Shown piece by piece: positions 1 through 11,879 of a stretch of DNA of 37,285 nt (position 1 is its first letter; each line of letters starts with the position of its first letter). The stretch lies in the NCBI RefSeq assembly GCF_001194135.2, contig NC_068985.1:24451559-24488843 (forward strand), read 5' to 3'. Source of the DNA: Octopus bimaculoides (lineage: Eukaryota). A model generated the notes under the pieces. It made no database searches and was not told where the DNA came from. It worked only from the letters and a program-made list of their open reading frames with translations. Position numbers and translations under genes: made by a program.

Positions 1-110
1 AAAAAAAAAAAAAAAAAAAAAAAAGACGGGGTCAATCCATTCGACTAAAAATTAGACTAACTGCAGTCTCTGGAAGGAATCAGGTAAAAGATAAAAGATA
101 AACGATAAAG
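1..110 (+). mobile_element. 3' tail fragment of SINE family D
   Basis: GGGGTCAATCCATTCGACTAAAAA followed by GTAAAAGATAAAAGATAAA matches the tail at 23360-23464 and 13125-13206; the middle is degenerate. Confidence 0.5.
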
Positions 111-1176
111 GATATACAAATAATATTTTTCAATCTTTTCTGCATATAAGGGTGATAACTCTGAAGATGTTTCAGCGTTTTATGTCTACATCAGCGAAAC
201 ATAGTTTTCGTCGTACATGCGACCGTAGGGATAAAAATATCCGTAAGTAGATGTAAATAACTGTAGCTTAACTAACGTCAGAAAAGAGAATTTTTCAGTT
301 ATATATTTATATAACTAAACATCTGAAACGGTAGATCATAAATCTACGATTTTTAAAACCAATTCTTAGCCTACGCCTTCTATGCGCAGTCTTATTTCTT
401 TTATTTTAATAGAACAGGACTTTTTTTATTATTATTATTATTATTATTATCACAATGCTATCACAGAAATAGCCTCGTCCCATCTCATCAATTAAATTTT
501 CCCCCTCAGAATTCACCACCACCACCACTACCACCACACAGCGTCACTTCATTTATCCATTTATCTTCCTCGTATGCTTACAAGCGCCCTTTCTCCAAAA
601 TTTTACTTTACGACTTGTCTGTCATATATATATATATATATATANNNNNNNNNNNNNNNNNNNNNNNNNNNNNNNNNNNNNNNNNNNNNNNNNNNNNNNN
701 NNNNNNNNNNNNNNNNNNNNNNNNNNNNNNNNNNNNNNNNNNNNNNNNNNNNNNNNNNNNNNNNNNNNNNNNNNNNNNNNNNNNNNNNNNNNNNNNNNNN
801 NNNNNNNNNNNNNNNNNNNNNNNNNNNNNNNNNNNNNNNNNNNNNNNNNNNNNNNNNNNNNNNNNNNNNNNNNNNNNNNNNNNNNNNNNNNNNNNNNNNN
901 NNNNNNNNNNNNNNNNNNNNNNNNNNNNNNNNNNNNNNNNNNNNNNNNNNNNNNNNNNNNNNNNNNNNNNNNNNNNNNNNNNNNNNNNNNNNNNNNNNNN
1001 NNNNNNNNNNNNNNNNNNNNNNNNNNNNNNNNNNNNNNNNNNNNNNNNNNNNNNNNNNNNNNNNNNNNNNNNNNNNNNNNNNNNNNNNNNNNNNNNNNNN
1101 NNNNNNNNNNNNNNNNNNNNNNNNNNNNNNNNNNNNNNNNNNNNNNNNNNNNNNNNNNNNNNNNNNNNNNNNNNNN

Positions 1177-1191
1177 ATATATATTCACATC

Positions 1192-1237
<46 letters not shown>

Positions 1238-1259
1238 CATCTATATGTATATATATAGT

Positions 1260-1300
<41 letters not shown>

Positions 1301-1345
1301 GCGACAGTGAGAGAGAGAGAGAGAGTGATGAGAAAGAGAGAGGAA
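1177..1345. repeat. compound microsatellite (TA)n/(GATA)n/(GA)n
   Basis: Direct reading. Confidence 0.95.
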
Positions 1346-1558
1346 TGAGAGAGAGAGAGAGGGTGGGAGGCAGAGAGTATAAGACTGAGGGTGTTTCAGA
1401 ACCCAAATCATTAATTTTACAGCTATTTTCGAAGTCGAGGGAATATTCCATGTTTTCCGTATGTTTCTATCTTTCGTTACGTATTTGTTTCTTTATTCAC
1501 CTCCTTCTTTATATACGTTGGCATGTATGCATGCTAAAACCGTACGTACACGCACACA

Positions 1559-1590
<32 letters not shown>

Positions 1591-1772
1591 GCCATACGTA
1601 TATGCTTTTGTATGTGTGAGTGCGTGTGTGCGCATGTGCGAATATGTCTTCGTTGCTGTCCACGTTCGTTGTATTTTTTTGCAGTTGCTTTATTTATGTA
1701 TTTTTTTTTAATGTATTTATGCATTTATTGATAAGATATGTTGACAAATTACTATGCGAATTTCTTTTTCAG

Positions 1773-1823
1773 CATGGATTCACTCAGTTGAATACGCCTT
1801 AGTAACTGCTTGGCACCGGCAGG
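1773..1823 (+). CDS. candidate 51-nt internal exon (xWIHSVEYALVTAWHRQx), unverified
   Basis: Acceptor TTTCTTTTTCAG ends at 1772; donor CAGG|GTAAGA starts at 1824. Length is a multiple of 3, phase 1-1, only one frame is open, and it lies in unique DNA. No homolog recognised. Confidence 0.3.
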
Positions 1824-1897
1824 GTAAGAATCACTTCTGATTGAAGACGAGTCAGAATAGACGAACAGAAGATTAATAAGCAATTGCTGGAGCGAAC

Positions 1898-2011
<114 letters not shown>

Positions 2012-2499
2012 GCATATATATATATGTATATACCCACTCGTGCGCACGCACACACATATATGCTCAGGGTAAAAAGGAAGGCTATTGTATAAATCTAGAG
2101 TAAAATATTGTATTTCACTGAAAAAAGCCGAGAGTAAGAAAAGGTTAAATACAAACGAATGAAAAAAAATATACGTGATCGTAAAGACGTAGAATATCAA
2201 AGCACGTGGGTGCGAAGGCTTCCGAATGTAATTATGAGATGTCTATGCATATACTTATGTACACACTCACACGCACATACTCACACGCACACACAGAGAA
2301 AACCATACATTTATATGTGTGTGTGTGTATTATTGCCCGTGTGTGTTTTCATAAAATTTCCATTTCTTGTACAGACGATATGCAATTACTTTCTGACAAC
2401 TTTTCCTCCGAATTATTTTATCCTTGTAATCGTCACTAGAAGAAGGACACTACTGTTGGAAATAATGATTTAATTTTCTATTTTGGTTGTATAAAATAT

Positions 2500-2951
2500 C
2501 ATATGAAATGTATAAGAAACTCCGACAACAACAGCCAGCATTGGTCAATAGAAAAGGACCAAGGACCAATTCTTCTCCACGACAACACTCGGCTGCACGT
2601 CGCACAACTGACTCTGCAGAAGTTGACCGAATTGGGCTACGAAACTCTGCCTTATCCGCCATACTCACCAGACCTCTCACCTACCGACTACTACTTTTTC
2701 AACCATCTCGACAACTTCCTGCATGAGAAATGCTTCAAAAACCAAGACGATTCCAAACACACCTTCAACGACTTCATCGCCACTAGAACGCAGGATTTTT
2801 ACGCTACTGGCATAAATAAACTTGTTTCGCGTTGGCAAAAGTGTGTTAATTCTGATGGTGTTTATTTCGATTAATAAAGTTTTGTTTGAGCCGAGATATT
2901 TGCGACTGAATTTAAAGTTTAAAAACCGCAAGAACTTTCTTGACAACCTAA
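2500..2951 (+). mobile_element. mariner (Hsmar1/cecropia-like) 3' half with right TIR; transposase pseudogene
   Basis: Translates as YEMYKKLRQQQPALVNRKGP / ILLHDNTRLH..PYPPYSPDLSPTDYYFFNHLDNFL..GINKLVSRWQKCVNSDGVYFD*. A 7-bp tandem duplication AAGGACC near 2554-2567 shifts the frame. TIR CCGCAAGAACTTTCTTGACAACCTAA at 2926-2951 is followed by TA. Confidence 0.95.
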
Positions 2952-4031
2952 TAGAAGAAAAGAACCGTTTCGTTATCTGCATGAAATTAAGTAAACGATG
3001 ACTAAGAAATTATCAATTTGAAGAGTGTGTTGCGTTGTGCTTTTCATAATTAAGCTTCTGTAGTTTTCAAATAATAAAATAAATCCATTGCTTTATTAAT
3101 AAAACAATACCCCAAAACACCAAAAACGGATCANNNNNNNNNNNNNNNNNNNNNNNNNNNNNNNNNNNNNNNNNNNNNNNNNNNNNNNNNNNNNNNNNNN
3201 NNNNNNNNNNNNNNNNNNNNNNNNNNNNNNNNNNNNNNNNNNNNNNNNNNNNNNNNNNNNNNNNNNNNNNNNNNNNNNNNNNNNNNNNNNNNNNNNNNNN
3301 NNNNNNNNNNNNNNNNNNNNNNNNNNNNNNNNNNNNNNNNNNNNNNNNNNNNNNNNNNNNNNNNNNNNNNNNNNNNNNNNNNNNNNNNNNNNNNNNNNNN
3401 NNNNNNNNNNNNNNNNNNNNNNNNNNNNNNNNNNNNNNNNNNNNNNNNNNNNNNNNNNNNNNNNNNNNNNNNNNNNNNNNNNNNNNNNNNNNNNNNNNNN
3501 NNNNNNNNNNNNNNNNNNNNNNNNNNNNNNNNNNNNNNNNNNNNNNNNNNNNNNNNNNNNNNNNNNNNNNNNNNNNNNNNNNNNNNNNNNNNNNNNNNNN
3601 NNNNNNNNNNNNNNNNNNNNNNNNNNNNNNNNNNNNNNNNNNNNNNNNNNNNNNNNNNNNNNNNNNNNNNNNNNNNNNNNNNNNNNNNNNNNNNNNNNNN
3701 NNNNNNNNNNNNNNNNNNNNNNNNNNNNNNNNNNNNNNNNNNNNNNNNNNNNNNNNNNNNNNNNNNNNNNNNNNNNNNNNNNNNNNNNNNNNNNNNNNNN
3801 NNNNNNNNNNNNNNNNNNNNNNNNNNNNNNNNNNNNNNNNNNNNNNNNNNNNNNNNNNNNNNNNNNNNNNNNNNNNNNNNNNNNNNNNNNNNNNNNNNNN
3901 NNNNNNNNNNNNNNNNNNNNNNNNNNNNNNNNNNNNNNNNNNNNNNNNNNNNNNNNNNNNNNNNNNNNNNNNNNNNNNNNNNNNNNNNNNNNNNNNNNNN
4001 NNNNNNNNNNNNNNNNNNNNNNNNNNNNNNN

Positions 4032-4605
4032 TTTTTTTTTTTTTTTTTTGGTTGGCGTTCAATTCGTGCAGCACCTATTTCCCAAGTATTTTTGTTTTTC
4101 CAATCTCTTTCAAGTGGTTGGAAATTGTCGGAAACGTTACGTCTAATTCAGAAGCAAGCTCTCGAACAGTTGTGCGTGGATTGGCTTCGACTAAGGCTCT
4201 TAGTTGATTGTTGTCAACATCCGATGGCCGACCACTACGCTTATCATCTTCAAGACTCTCGTCACCGCTGCGAAATTTCTTGAACCACCATTGTGCTATA
4301 CGTTCATTAGTGGTTCCTGAGCCAAACGCATCGTTGATATCGCGAGCTGTTTCAGCAGCTTTTCGGCCTAGCTTGAACTGGAATAAGAAAATTGTGCGAA
4401 TTTTCTTTTTGTCCATGTTGTATTCAACGTTCCAGACAAAATGGCCTAATTATTTAAAAATAAAATAAGTAACACGATTAGATAGAGCGAAAAACAGGCT
4501 TTAAAATGATATATAAAGTCAAAGTAATTTAACGAAGATTAATTTGAAAATACATCATTTAAAACCAAAATTTAAAATTCCGCAAGAACTTTCTTAACAA
4601 CCTAA
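4032..4605 (-). mobile_element. mariner (same family) 5' half with left TIR; transposase pseudogene running into a gap
   Basis: ORF 4416-4075 MDKKKIRTIFLFQFKLGRKAAETARDINDAFG..WFKKFRSGDESLED..RSGRP (HTH region). The W of WVPHEL is mutated to TAG (K*VLHEL). TIR at 4580-4605 differs by 1 nt from 2926-2951 and is followed by TA. Confidence 0.95.
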
Positions 4606-5020
4606 TATTAACTGCTTAGATAATCTCAATCGATCGAGGTTTTACAACCCATTTTTTTTTTCCGTTTGTAAGACTCCACCATATCTATGTTTAGTATGCA
4701 GAACATTCCCTCGAGGTGTTTTTATTGTCACAGAACACATTGTAGCAGTAATGAGTAAATTACGAGACCAATGCATCTTCCATTTATCTAAATCATTATT
4801 AAAATATTCTCTAGTTTCCATAAATTGCCCTTATTTTTCAAATGAGGAAATGATTCATTTCCATCGATGGCAACGTTGTTACGTATTTTTCCTAAATATT
4901 GTTATTTTTTTTACTTATTGTCTAATACCGCCATTATCCAAGCTGTTATGGCTGTCCATCCATCATCTTTCGGTTGTATAACATGATGTTATATAAGTTA
5001 TATGACATAATATAGATATT

Positions 5021-5247
5021 TTTCTTTTATTTGTTTGAGTCATTTGACTGCGGCCATGCTGGAGCACCGCCTTAAAGAACTGTAGCAAAAAAAAAAAAAC
5101 ATCGATCCCAGGACTTATTTTTTGTAAGCCTTGAACTTATTTTATCCGTCTCTGTCACCGAACCGCTAGGCTACGGGGACATAAAAACACCAGAATCGGT
5201 TGTCAAGCCATGGCGGGGTGCATACACAGATAGACACGCACACACAA

Positions 5248-5291
<44 letters not shown>

Positions 5292-5453
5292 GCGACGTGC
5301 TTCCTTCAGTTTCCGTCTACGAGATCCACTCACAGGACTTTCTTTGGTCGGTCCGAGAATATAATAGAATACACTTGCCCAAGGTGCCACGCAGTGAGAC
5401 TGAACCTCAACCATGTTGCTGGGAATCAAGTTTCTTACCACACAATCAAACGC
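5021..5453 (-). mobile_element. SINE family D (tRNA-like head, CORE-like segment, internal (TG)n, CR1-like tail), near full length
   Basis: Minus strand reads TGTGGTAAGAAAC..GGTTCAGTCTCACTGCGTGGCACCTTGGGCAAGTGT..(TG)n..GGCGGTGCTCCAGCATGGCCGCAGTCAAATGAC; paralogous to 12905, 20960 and 35789. Confidence 0.85.
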
Positions 5454-5529
5454 TTTATAAGCGGTATAACAGTTATTTGAACGACAAAATATATACACTA
5501 AACTTATAGTTGCCACGTTACATCCTGTA

Positions 5530-5579
<50 letters not shown>

Positions 5580-6544
5580 TAAATATCTATCTATCTATTT
5601 TTCTTTCTTTCTATTTATACATACATGCATACATACACACACATACATACATACATACACACACNNNNNNNNNNNNNNNNNNNNNNNNNNNNNNNNNNNN
5701 NNNNNNNNNNNNNNNNNNNNNNNNNNNNNNNNNNNNNNNNNNNNNNNNNNNNNNNNNNNNNNNNATATATATAATTTTTGTTTGGTTATTAAGGCTACCA
5801 TTGGTTTCAGAATAAGAATATATCTTAATATCTTAACAATTTTTCCAAGCCGATCACATGAAGGAATGGTGTTCGTCTCCATTGTAGATTAAAGCAAAAT
5901 GAGGACGAACACAAATACCTCCATGTGATCGGCTTGAAAAATTGCTAAGAAATTTATATATTTTCTTAAAATGAAACCAACGGTAGCTTTATTACACCGA
6001 TGCGACGTTAAGCACGCACCCTCATTGTTCGTAACTTACGTATATATATATATATATACATCGAGAAGCAGTCGTTTCATTCATGAAACTCTGCTTATGT
6101 TCACAGAAACAAAAATGAAAAAGAAACAATTGGTGATCTTATTGCTCAACAATATATATAAACATGTGTGACTCTTTGTGTGTTTTTTTAATTATCTGGA
6201 AGTAACAGTTAACTTAAGTTTCATGTAGCTACTTGTTACAGGTGCAAACTTTACCTTTCATATACAGACACCTGCTTAAAAGGAAGGGCAGCTTTTATTG
6301 GGTGGATTATTTGTTGCGTCGAAATCAATACAACATGCTAGTAATCCACCCTACCAAATTTTTCCACTTTCTTTCGAAAAAGTTTGCCAGTTGTGTGGTG
6401 TATTGTACCAGATAGCTCTCCTACGTCTTTTTTCTTTTTTTTTTTTTTCAAATTTCTGTACCTATTCAAGTTTCAAGTTTCTCTATCTATTCTCAAATAT
6501 ATTATAATAAATTAGGATATATTTTATTCATATATCCATTACTT

Positions 6545-7236
6545 ATTTCTTGATTACATTTGGGAGCATTCTTATTGAAAATATTCTGAATTTACAACTC
6601 TGAAAGAAATATCTTTGACTATGATTCTCAACATTTCCTTTGAATATTGGAGTGACTTATTGGGCTCTTTTTTGGAGGCGGATAGTATAAACCATAAACT
6701 AACTCAGGTGTCACATTCAAGAAGCTTAGTACTCCAACGCTAGATTATACAGAAATCCTAAGCACAAGTTCTCTAAAGAATTTGTGGACGTCTTCTGTGA
6801 TACGGTCTACAATCCGAGTGTTTTATGTTAAGGAGCATATATCTATAGTTCAATCAAGTCAGTAACCTCTGCCGAATCACTTAACCCCATAATTGCAGCA
6901 AAGGGTGTGTGTGGCGATATCCTAGTCAACAATGATTTATCAAAGTTAATGATGGCCTTTATAACATGCAAGATGATTGCACTTTGACTATAGTCAATGT
7001 AGGTGGTCTTCTTATCTTTGTAGAGTGTGATGGAGACAGATTAATCATCTATATCGAACTAGATAAATCTTGTGCGAGTTTTATTCTCTACGCCTCTAAT
7101 CCACCTCATCATCTCCGTTGTAATGACCCACTCGCCAAGTTGAATTTGCCGTTTAATTATGAAAGTTACTCTAAAGGCTTCTTGGTAATCTTAATTATGT
7201 CCGACTCAGCTGCATTGATTAATCTAATGATGTAGC
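6545..7236 (-). pseudogene. Penelope-like retroelement reverse transcriptase relic
   Basis: Broken frames give IRLINAAESDIIKITKK (PLE RLINPAKSEIG motif), WIRGVENKTRTRFI*FDIDD (7044-7067, motif A), FAAIMGLSDSAEVTDLIEL*IY (6846-6902, FDVTMGSYDGAEVCELVGLY motif) and LSFLNVTPELVYGLYYP (FLDVT motif). Missed by the ORF track. Confidence 0.85.
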
Positions 7237-7589
7237 GGAGCACACACACATGTAGACACGCACACACATACATACATACATACATACATACATACAAAAC
7301 AGCTCGGTAGTCTATCATGTGAGGCTCGAAACATGCCTGTCATAATATTTGAATTTCTATGAAATGCTGTAAATTGTTATGAAGTACACTGAACCCACAG
7401 TTTTATGTACTGCAGGGTAAACCAAGTAAATTGTTATGTATTCTAAAATGGCAAAAACTAAACTGATGATTTATATAGAACATCGAAGATAGAATTCTTA
7501 ATGATGAGTTAGTTTACAAAATTATACTTGAAGCTGATCCTGTAAAAATATATGTATTTAATTCCTATATATAAAGGAGAGTGAACTAT

Positions 7590-7730
7590 TGATTAAGGTA
7601 TTGGTATCAAAATCCTGAGTTCTTGGGTTCGATTTCGTGATCGAGCGTCCTTAACGAAAGCACCTCAATTTACGTTGCTTCATTCTATTTCGAAGTAATT
7701 AGAGTCAACCGAGTGCTGGTGCAACCCTCA
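7590..7730 (+). mobile_element. old degenerate tRNA-derived SINE relic
   Basis: B-box-like GGGTTCGATTTC at 7625-7636 after a TAAGGTATTGG A-box-like segment; no second copy in the window. Confidence 0.3.
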
Positions 7731-7920
7731 CTAGCTTCAGCTCTTAAATACTTGATAATCTGCTGTGTCAAGGGTTGAAGAGTCGACGGGTTGTGTGTGT
7801 CAGTTTGCGTCTACATACGCACCTTAGCAAAAACATGGCACATACTATTAGACCATACTCGCTTGTGAGTGACGGCTACTATGTGAATTTATATCTAATA
7901 TACGTTGAAGCTGCATTCTT

Positions 7921-8151
7921 ATTTCTTTATTGCCCACAAGGGGCTAAACATAGAAGGGACAAACAAGGACAGACAAAGGGATTAAGTCGATTATATCGAC
8001 CCCCAGTGCGCAACTGGTACTTAATTTATCGACCCCGAACGGATGAAAGGCAAAGTCGACCTCGGCAGAATTTGAACTCAGAACGTAGTGGCAGACGAAA
8101 TACTGCTAAGCATTTCGCCCGGCGCGCTAATGTTTCTGCCAGCTCGCCTAT
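7921..8151 (-). mobile_element. tRNA-derived SINE, tail A, full length with 16-bp TSD
   Basis: Box A TGGCAGAAACATT, box B GAGTTCAAATTC. TSD TTGAAGCT(G/A)CATTCTT at 7905-7920 and 8152-8167. Confidence 0.95.
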
Positions 8152-8874
8152 TTGAAGCTACATTCTTTTCACATTTTAGATTTTAGGTTTCTAATAACTA
8201 CAAGATCCTATACCTTCTCCTTCTACCTAATCTACACCCTGATAATTTTTTTTTTTAAACTTCATTACCACTTACATACCTTATCGTCATGCAGAAAATG
8301 CACCATTCTATCTCTAATAATTGAATACAAATTTATCTGCTATTCCCAGTGTAAAGTCACGATTGACCCACTCTTAAAAATCTGAAAAAGCTAGTAAATG
8401 AGTAGCATATCTAATGACGTCAGGCCAACAAAAATTCGTTTTACGCTCATTATTTCTGAAAATAATTTTGGAAACGTAGCTGCAAAATATAAATTAAGGT
8501 ACTTGTGCCTGAAGTTAAGAACTTTGATTTGCTAGCTGAAGTGGTTCACTAAAGAGCTCAGTAATACAACGGAAATCACTCAGTTGGAATATGATTCACG
8601 TTTTAAAATCAAAATTCCAAACTAAAATTGCTTCTCACTTTTAGAAAAAAATCTATTAGTCTCAGCCAATTTTAAATTATTGCACATTATTTTACCGATT
8701 TACCAGCAGCAGTCCTGTCTCTTCCTTCCATACAACCTACATACAGTTCTTTTAAACCACCCCCAGGGAAACATTTATTTTTCTCTTCAGCGGTGATCAG
8801 CTTTGAATGTAAACTTCCATAATATTTAACTATGTAAAAACAATTTACTCCAGACATAATAATAGTATTAAATG

Positions 8875-8890
8875 AAATAATAATAACAAC

Positions 8891-8958
<68 letters not shown>

Positions 8959-9020
8959 CAACAACAACAACAACAACAACAACGACGACAACAACAACAA
9001 CAGCAACATCAACAACAACA
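8875..9020. repeat. (AAT)n then (AAC)n microsatellite
   Basis: Direct reading. Confidence 0.95.
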
Positions 9021-9556
9021 GCAACTTTAAAGATGTAAGTCATTTCGCGATAATCAACGTTAAATTAACGACGGATCTGAAATATTAGTTGACAGCTTGC
9101 TATTCCAAATTTTTGGCTGCGAGCAAAACCGTTTCTACGAAGTCACTCTGCTTCTAAGAAATTGAAGTCATATTTCAAGCTAGAGTTTTAAAAAGAAAAA
9201 GAAAAGACTAGAGAACAATATCGGGTAGACATGTCTAGAATTCGCAGAGATGCTCAGAACGAGTCAACAAGGAAGATTATTCCTGGTATCACGATCTTCT
9301 AAATGTAACAACCAAATTTTCCTCAAATCACACACTATCATATTATAAAGAGAAAGAGGAACATTTAATGTTGTAGAACTTAATGCGAGATGTTTGAAAT
9401 ATAAAAAGATGAGACTGTCACGGTTAGAATGCTTTTACTCATAGCTTTTTTTTTCTTCATAGGATTAATCTAGGGCAAAATAACACCAACAACAGCAATG
9501 ACTAGCCTGAGTAATTTACCACTATGAGAATGTATACATTAGCATTATTACTACTT

Positions 9557-9793
9557 AAGGCGGTGACCTGGCAGAAACCTTAGCACGCCGGGCGAAATGC
9601 TTAGCGGTTTTTCGTCTGCCGTTACGTTCTGAGTTCAAATTCCGCTGAGGTCGACTTTGCCTTTCATCCTTTCGGGGTCGATAAATTAAGTACTAGTTAC
9701 GCACTGGGGTCGATGTAATCGACTTAATCCCTTTGTCTGTCCTTGTTTGTCCCCTCTATGTTTAGCGCATTGTGGGCAATAAAAAAATAAGAA
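9557..9793 (+). mobile_element. tRNA-derived SINE, tail A, full length, fused to an older copy
   Basis: AAGGCGGTGACCTGGCAGAAACC..GAGTTCAAATTCC..GTCGACTTTGCCTTTCATCCTTTCGGGGTCGATAAATTAAGTAC..TGTGGGCAATAAAAAAATAAGAA. Confidence 0.95.
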
Positions 9794-9992
9794 ACGTTAT
9801 CACGCTGGACGAAATGCTTAACGGCATTTCGCCCGTTGCTACGTTCTGAGTTCAAATTTCGCCGGAGTCGTCTTTGCTTGTCATCTTTTCAGGGTTGTTA
9901 AATTCAGTACCAGTGAAATACTGGGGTTCATGAAATCGACTTATCCCTTCCCGCCAAACTGCTGCTCTGTGGCAAAATTTGAAACTATTATT
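9794..9992 (+). mobile_element. older SINE of the same head/core family, tail B, lacking the first ~20 nt
   Basis: Begins ACGTTATCACGCTGGACGAAATGC; diverged core; tail TTATCCCTTCCCGCCAAACTGCTGCTCTGTGGCAAAATTTGAAACTATTA. Confidence 0.85.
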
Positions 9993-10008
9993 AATATTAC
10001 TACAGTGT

Positions 10009-10072
10009 AAGGCAGCGAGCTGGTAGAATCGTTAGTACGCCGGCCAAAATGCATAGCAGTAATTCGCCTGCC
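10009..10072 (+). mobile_element. SINE head fragment
   Basis: AAGGCAGCGAGCTGGTAGAATCGTTAGTACGCCGGCCAAAATGC. Confidence 0.8.
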
Positions 10073-11617
10073 TTCCATAGTTTTTCCATAGTCTTGTCTG
10101 AATCCGTCATTTTTCACTTCCTGTTTTTTTTTTTGTTTTTTTTTTGTTGTTTTTTTTTTTGTACACCCTCATTTCAATTCTTTCTTTGTGTATTCGTCAT
10201 GTGTGATACAAGTGTTTATTTCTGCCCTCAATAAAGACATTTTTTTTTTTTAAACGAATTATTATTTCTTGCTTGATAAGTTCAATAACATAACGGATTG
10301 ATTCACTCCCTAGAGCTGAATAGTTCTGAAATTCTCTTTCGCTCCATTTCCGTTGACAACTCCGCTATATCAACAAAAATTTCAATATAAGATTAAANNN
10401 NNNNNNNNNNNNNNNNNNNNNNNNNNNNNNNNNNNNNNNNNNNNNNNNNNNNNNNNNNNNNNNNNNNNNNNNNNNNNNNNNNNNNNNNNNNNNNNNNNNN
10501 NNNNNNNNNNNNNNNNNNNNNNNNNNNNNNNNNNNNNNNNNNNNNNNNNNNNNNNNNNNNNNNNNNNNNNNNNNNNNNNNNNNNNNNNNNNNNNNNNNNN
10601 NNNNNNNNNNNNNNNNNNNNNNNNNNNNNNNNNNNNNNNNNNNNNNNNNNNNNNNNNNNNNNNNNNNNNNNNNNNNNNNNNNNNNNNNNNNNNNNNNNNN
10701 NNNNNNNNNNNNNNNNNNNNNNNNNNNNNNNNNNNNNNNNNNNNNNNNNNNNNNNNNNNNNNNNNATATATATATATATATAATTATATATATATGTATA
10801 AATATATATAATTACCTCTATATATGTGTGTGTATGTGTATAATTATACACACAGGCGCATGCACGCGCGTAACACACACACATGCATACACATAGACAT
10901 GCTTACGTCCGCATATACGTTTTAATATTTCTGATAAGATGGTGTATGATAAGGAACGTCTTCTGCTGGTGCTGTCAGTAAGCTGTGCTCAACCCAGCAG
11001 AAATATGACGTCAGCTGGTTATTCCGATATTTGCTAACCTTACATGGCAGCTAATGACACCGACGGGTGTCTAAAGCCAAACACTGACTACATATTTACT
11101 CTAGCTTTTCAAGCAATATAACAAAACAAAAAGATATTTGCTAGACGAGCCAATGCAACGGTGAACTCGCGTTCAATATTAGATAAAAGGATAACGTAGG
11201 ACAAGATGTTGAGGAGTGGAAAGCGGAGACGTAGTTACTTCTGATGACGCCATTTTCTGTATTCTCAGCGCTTTCTGTTTAAAGGAAATTGTTGGTATTA
11301 GAGTTATGTGTCTCACAATGAAGTTAGTACAGCAGGATAATTTCTCGTGAGCATATATTAGAATTGATATCATATAGATTCATCATCGAAATACAAAGAT
11401 TTTCGTATATGATCACATACGTATGAGCATACGTGAGTGCATATTTAGCTGTTTATATACACAAACGTACTTGCACTAACAGCAAAATGAGCAAAATGAA
11501 CTTTACACATGCGCGTACGCAGTTATATACACATATGCATGCATACACACACAAACATACATACATACATACATATATATGTGTATGTTTATATCCCTGA
11601 ACACACGCACACACATA

Positions 11618-11666
<49 letters not shown>

Positions 11667-11784
11667 NNNNNNNNNNNNNNNNNNNNNNNNNNNNNNNNNN
11701 NNNNNNNNNNNNNNNNNNNNNNNNNNNNNNNNNNNNNNNTACACGAATATAAATGTTTTTATATGTATATATGTGTATGTTTGC

Positions 11785-11828
<44 letters not shown>

Positions 11829-11879
11829 TGCTATGTATATGTACATTGATATGTATATATGCGAGTGAGTGGCCAAAGA

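Noticed and set aside
161-210. Hammerhead-like CTGAAGA...GCGAAACATAGTT
   Set aside because: Stem II does not close next to the core and no consistent stem I or cleavage triplet can be drawn; at most a decayed pLTR.
7105-7125. Minus-strand HYNGDDE, resembling a viral RdRp GDD motif
   Set aside because: It is an alternative frame of the Penelope RT relic, bounded by stops, with no other RdRp motifs.
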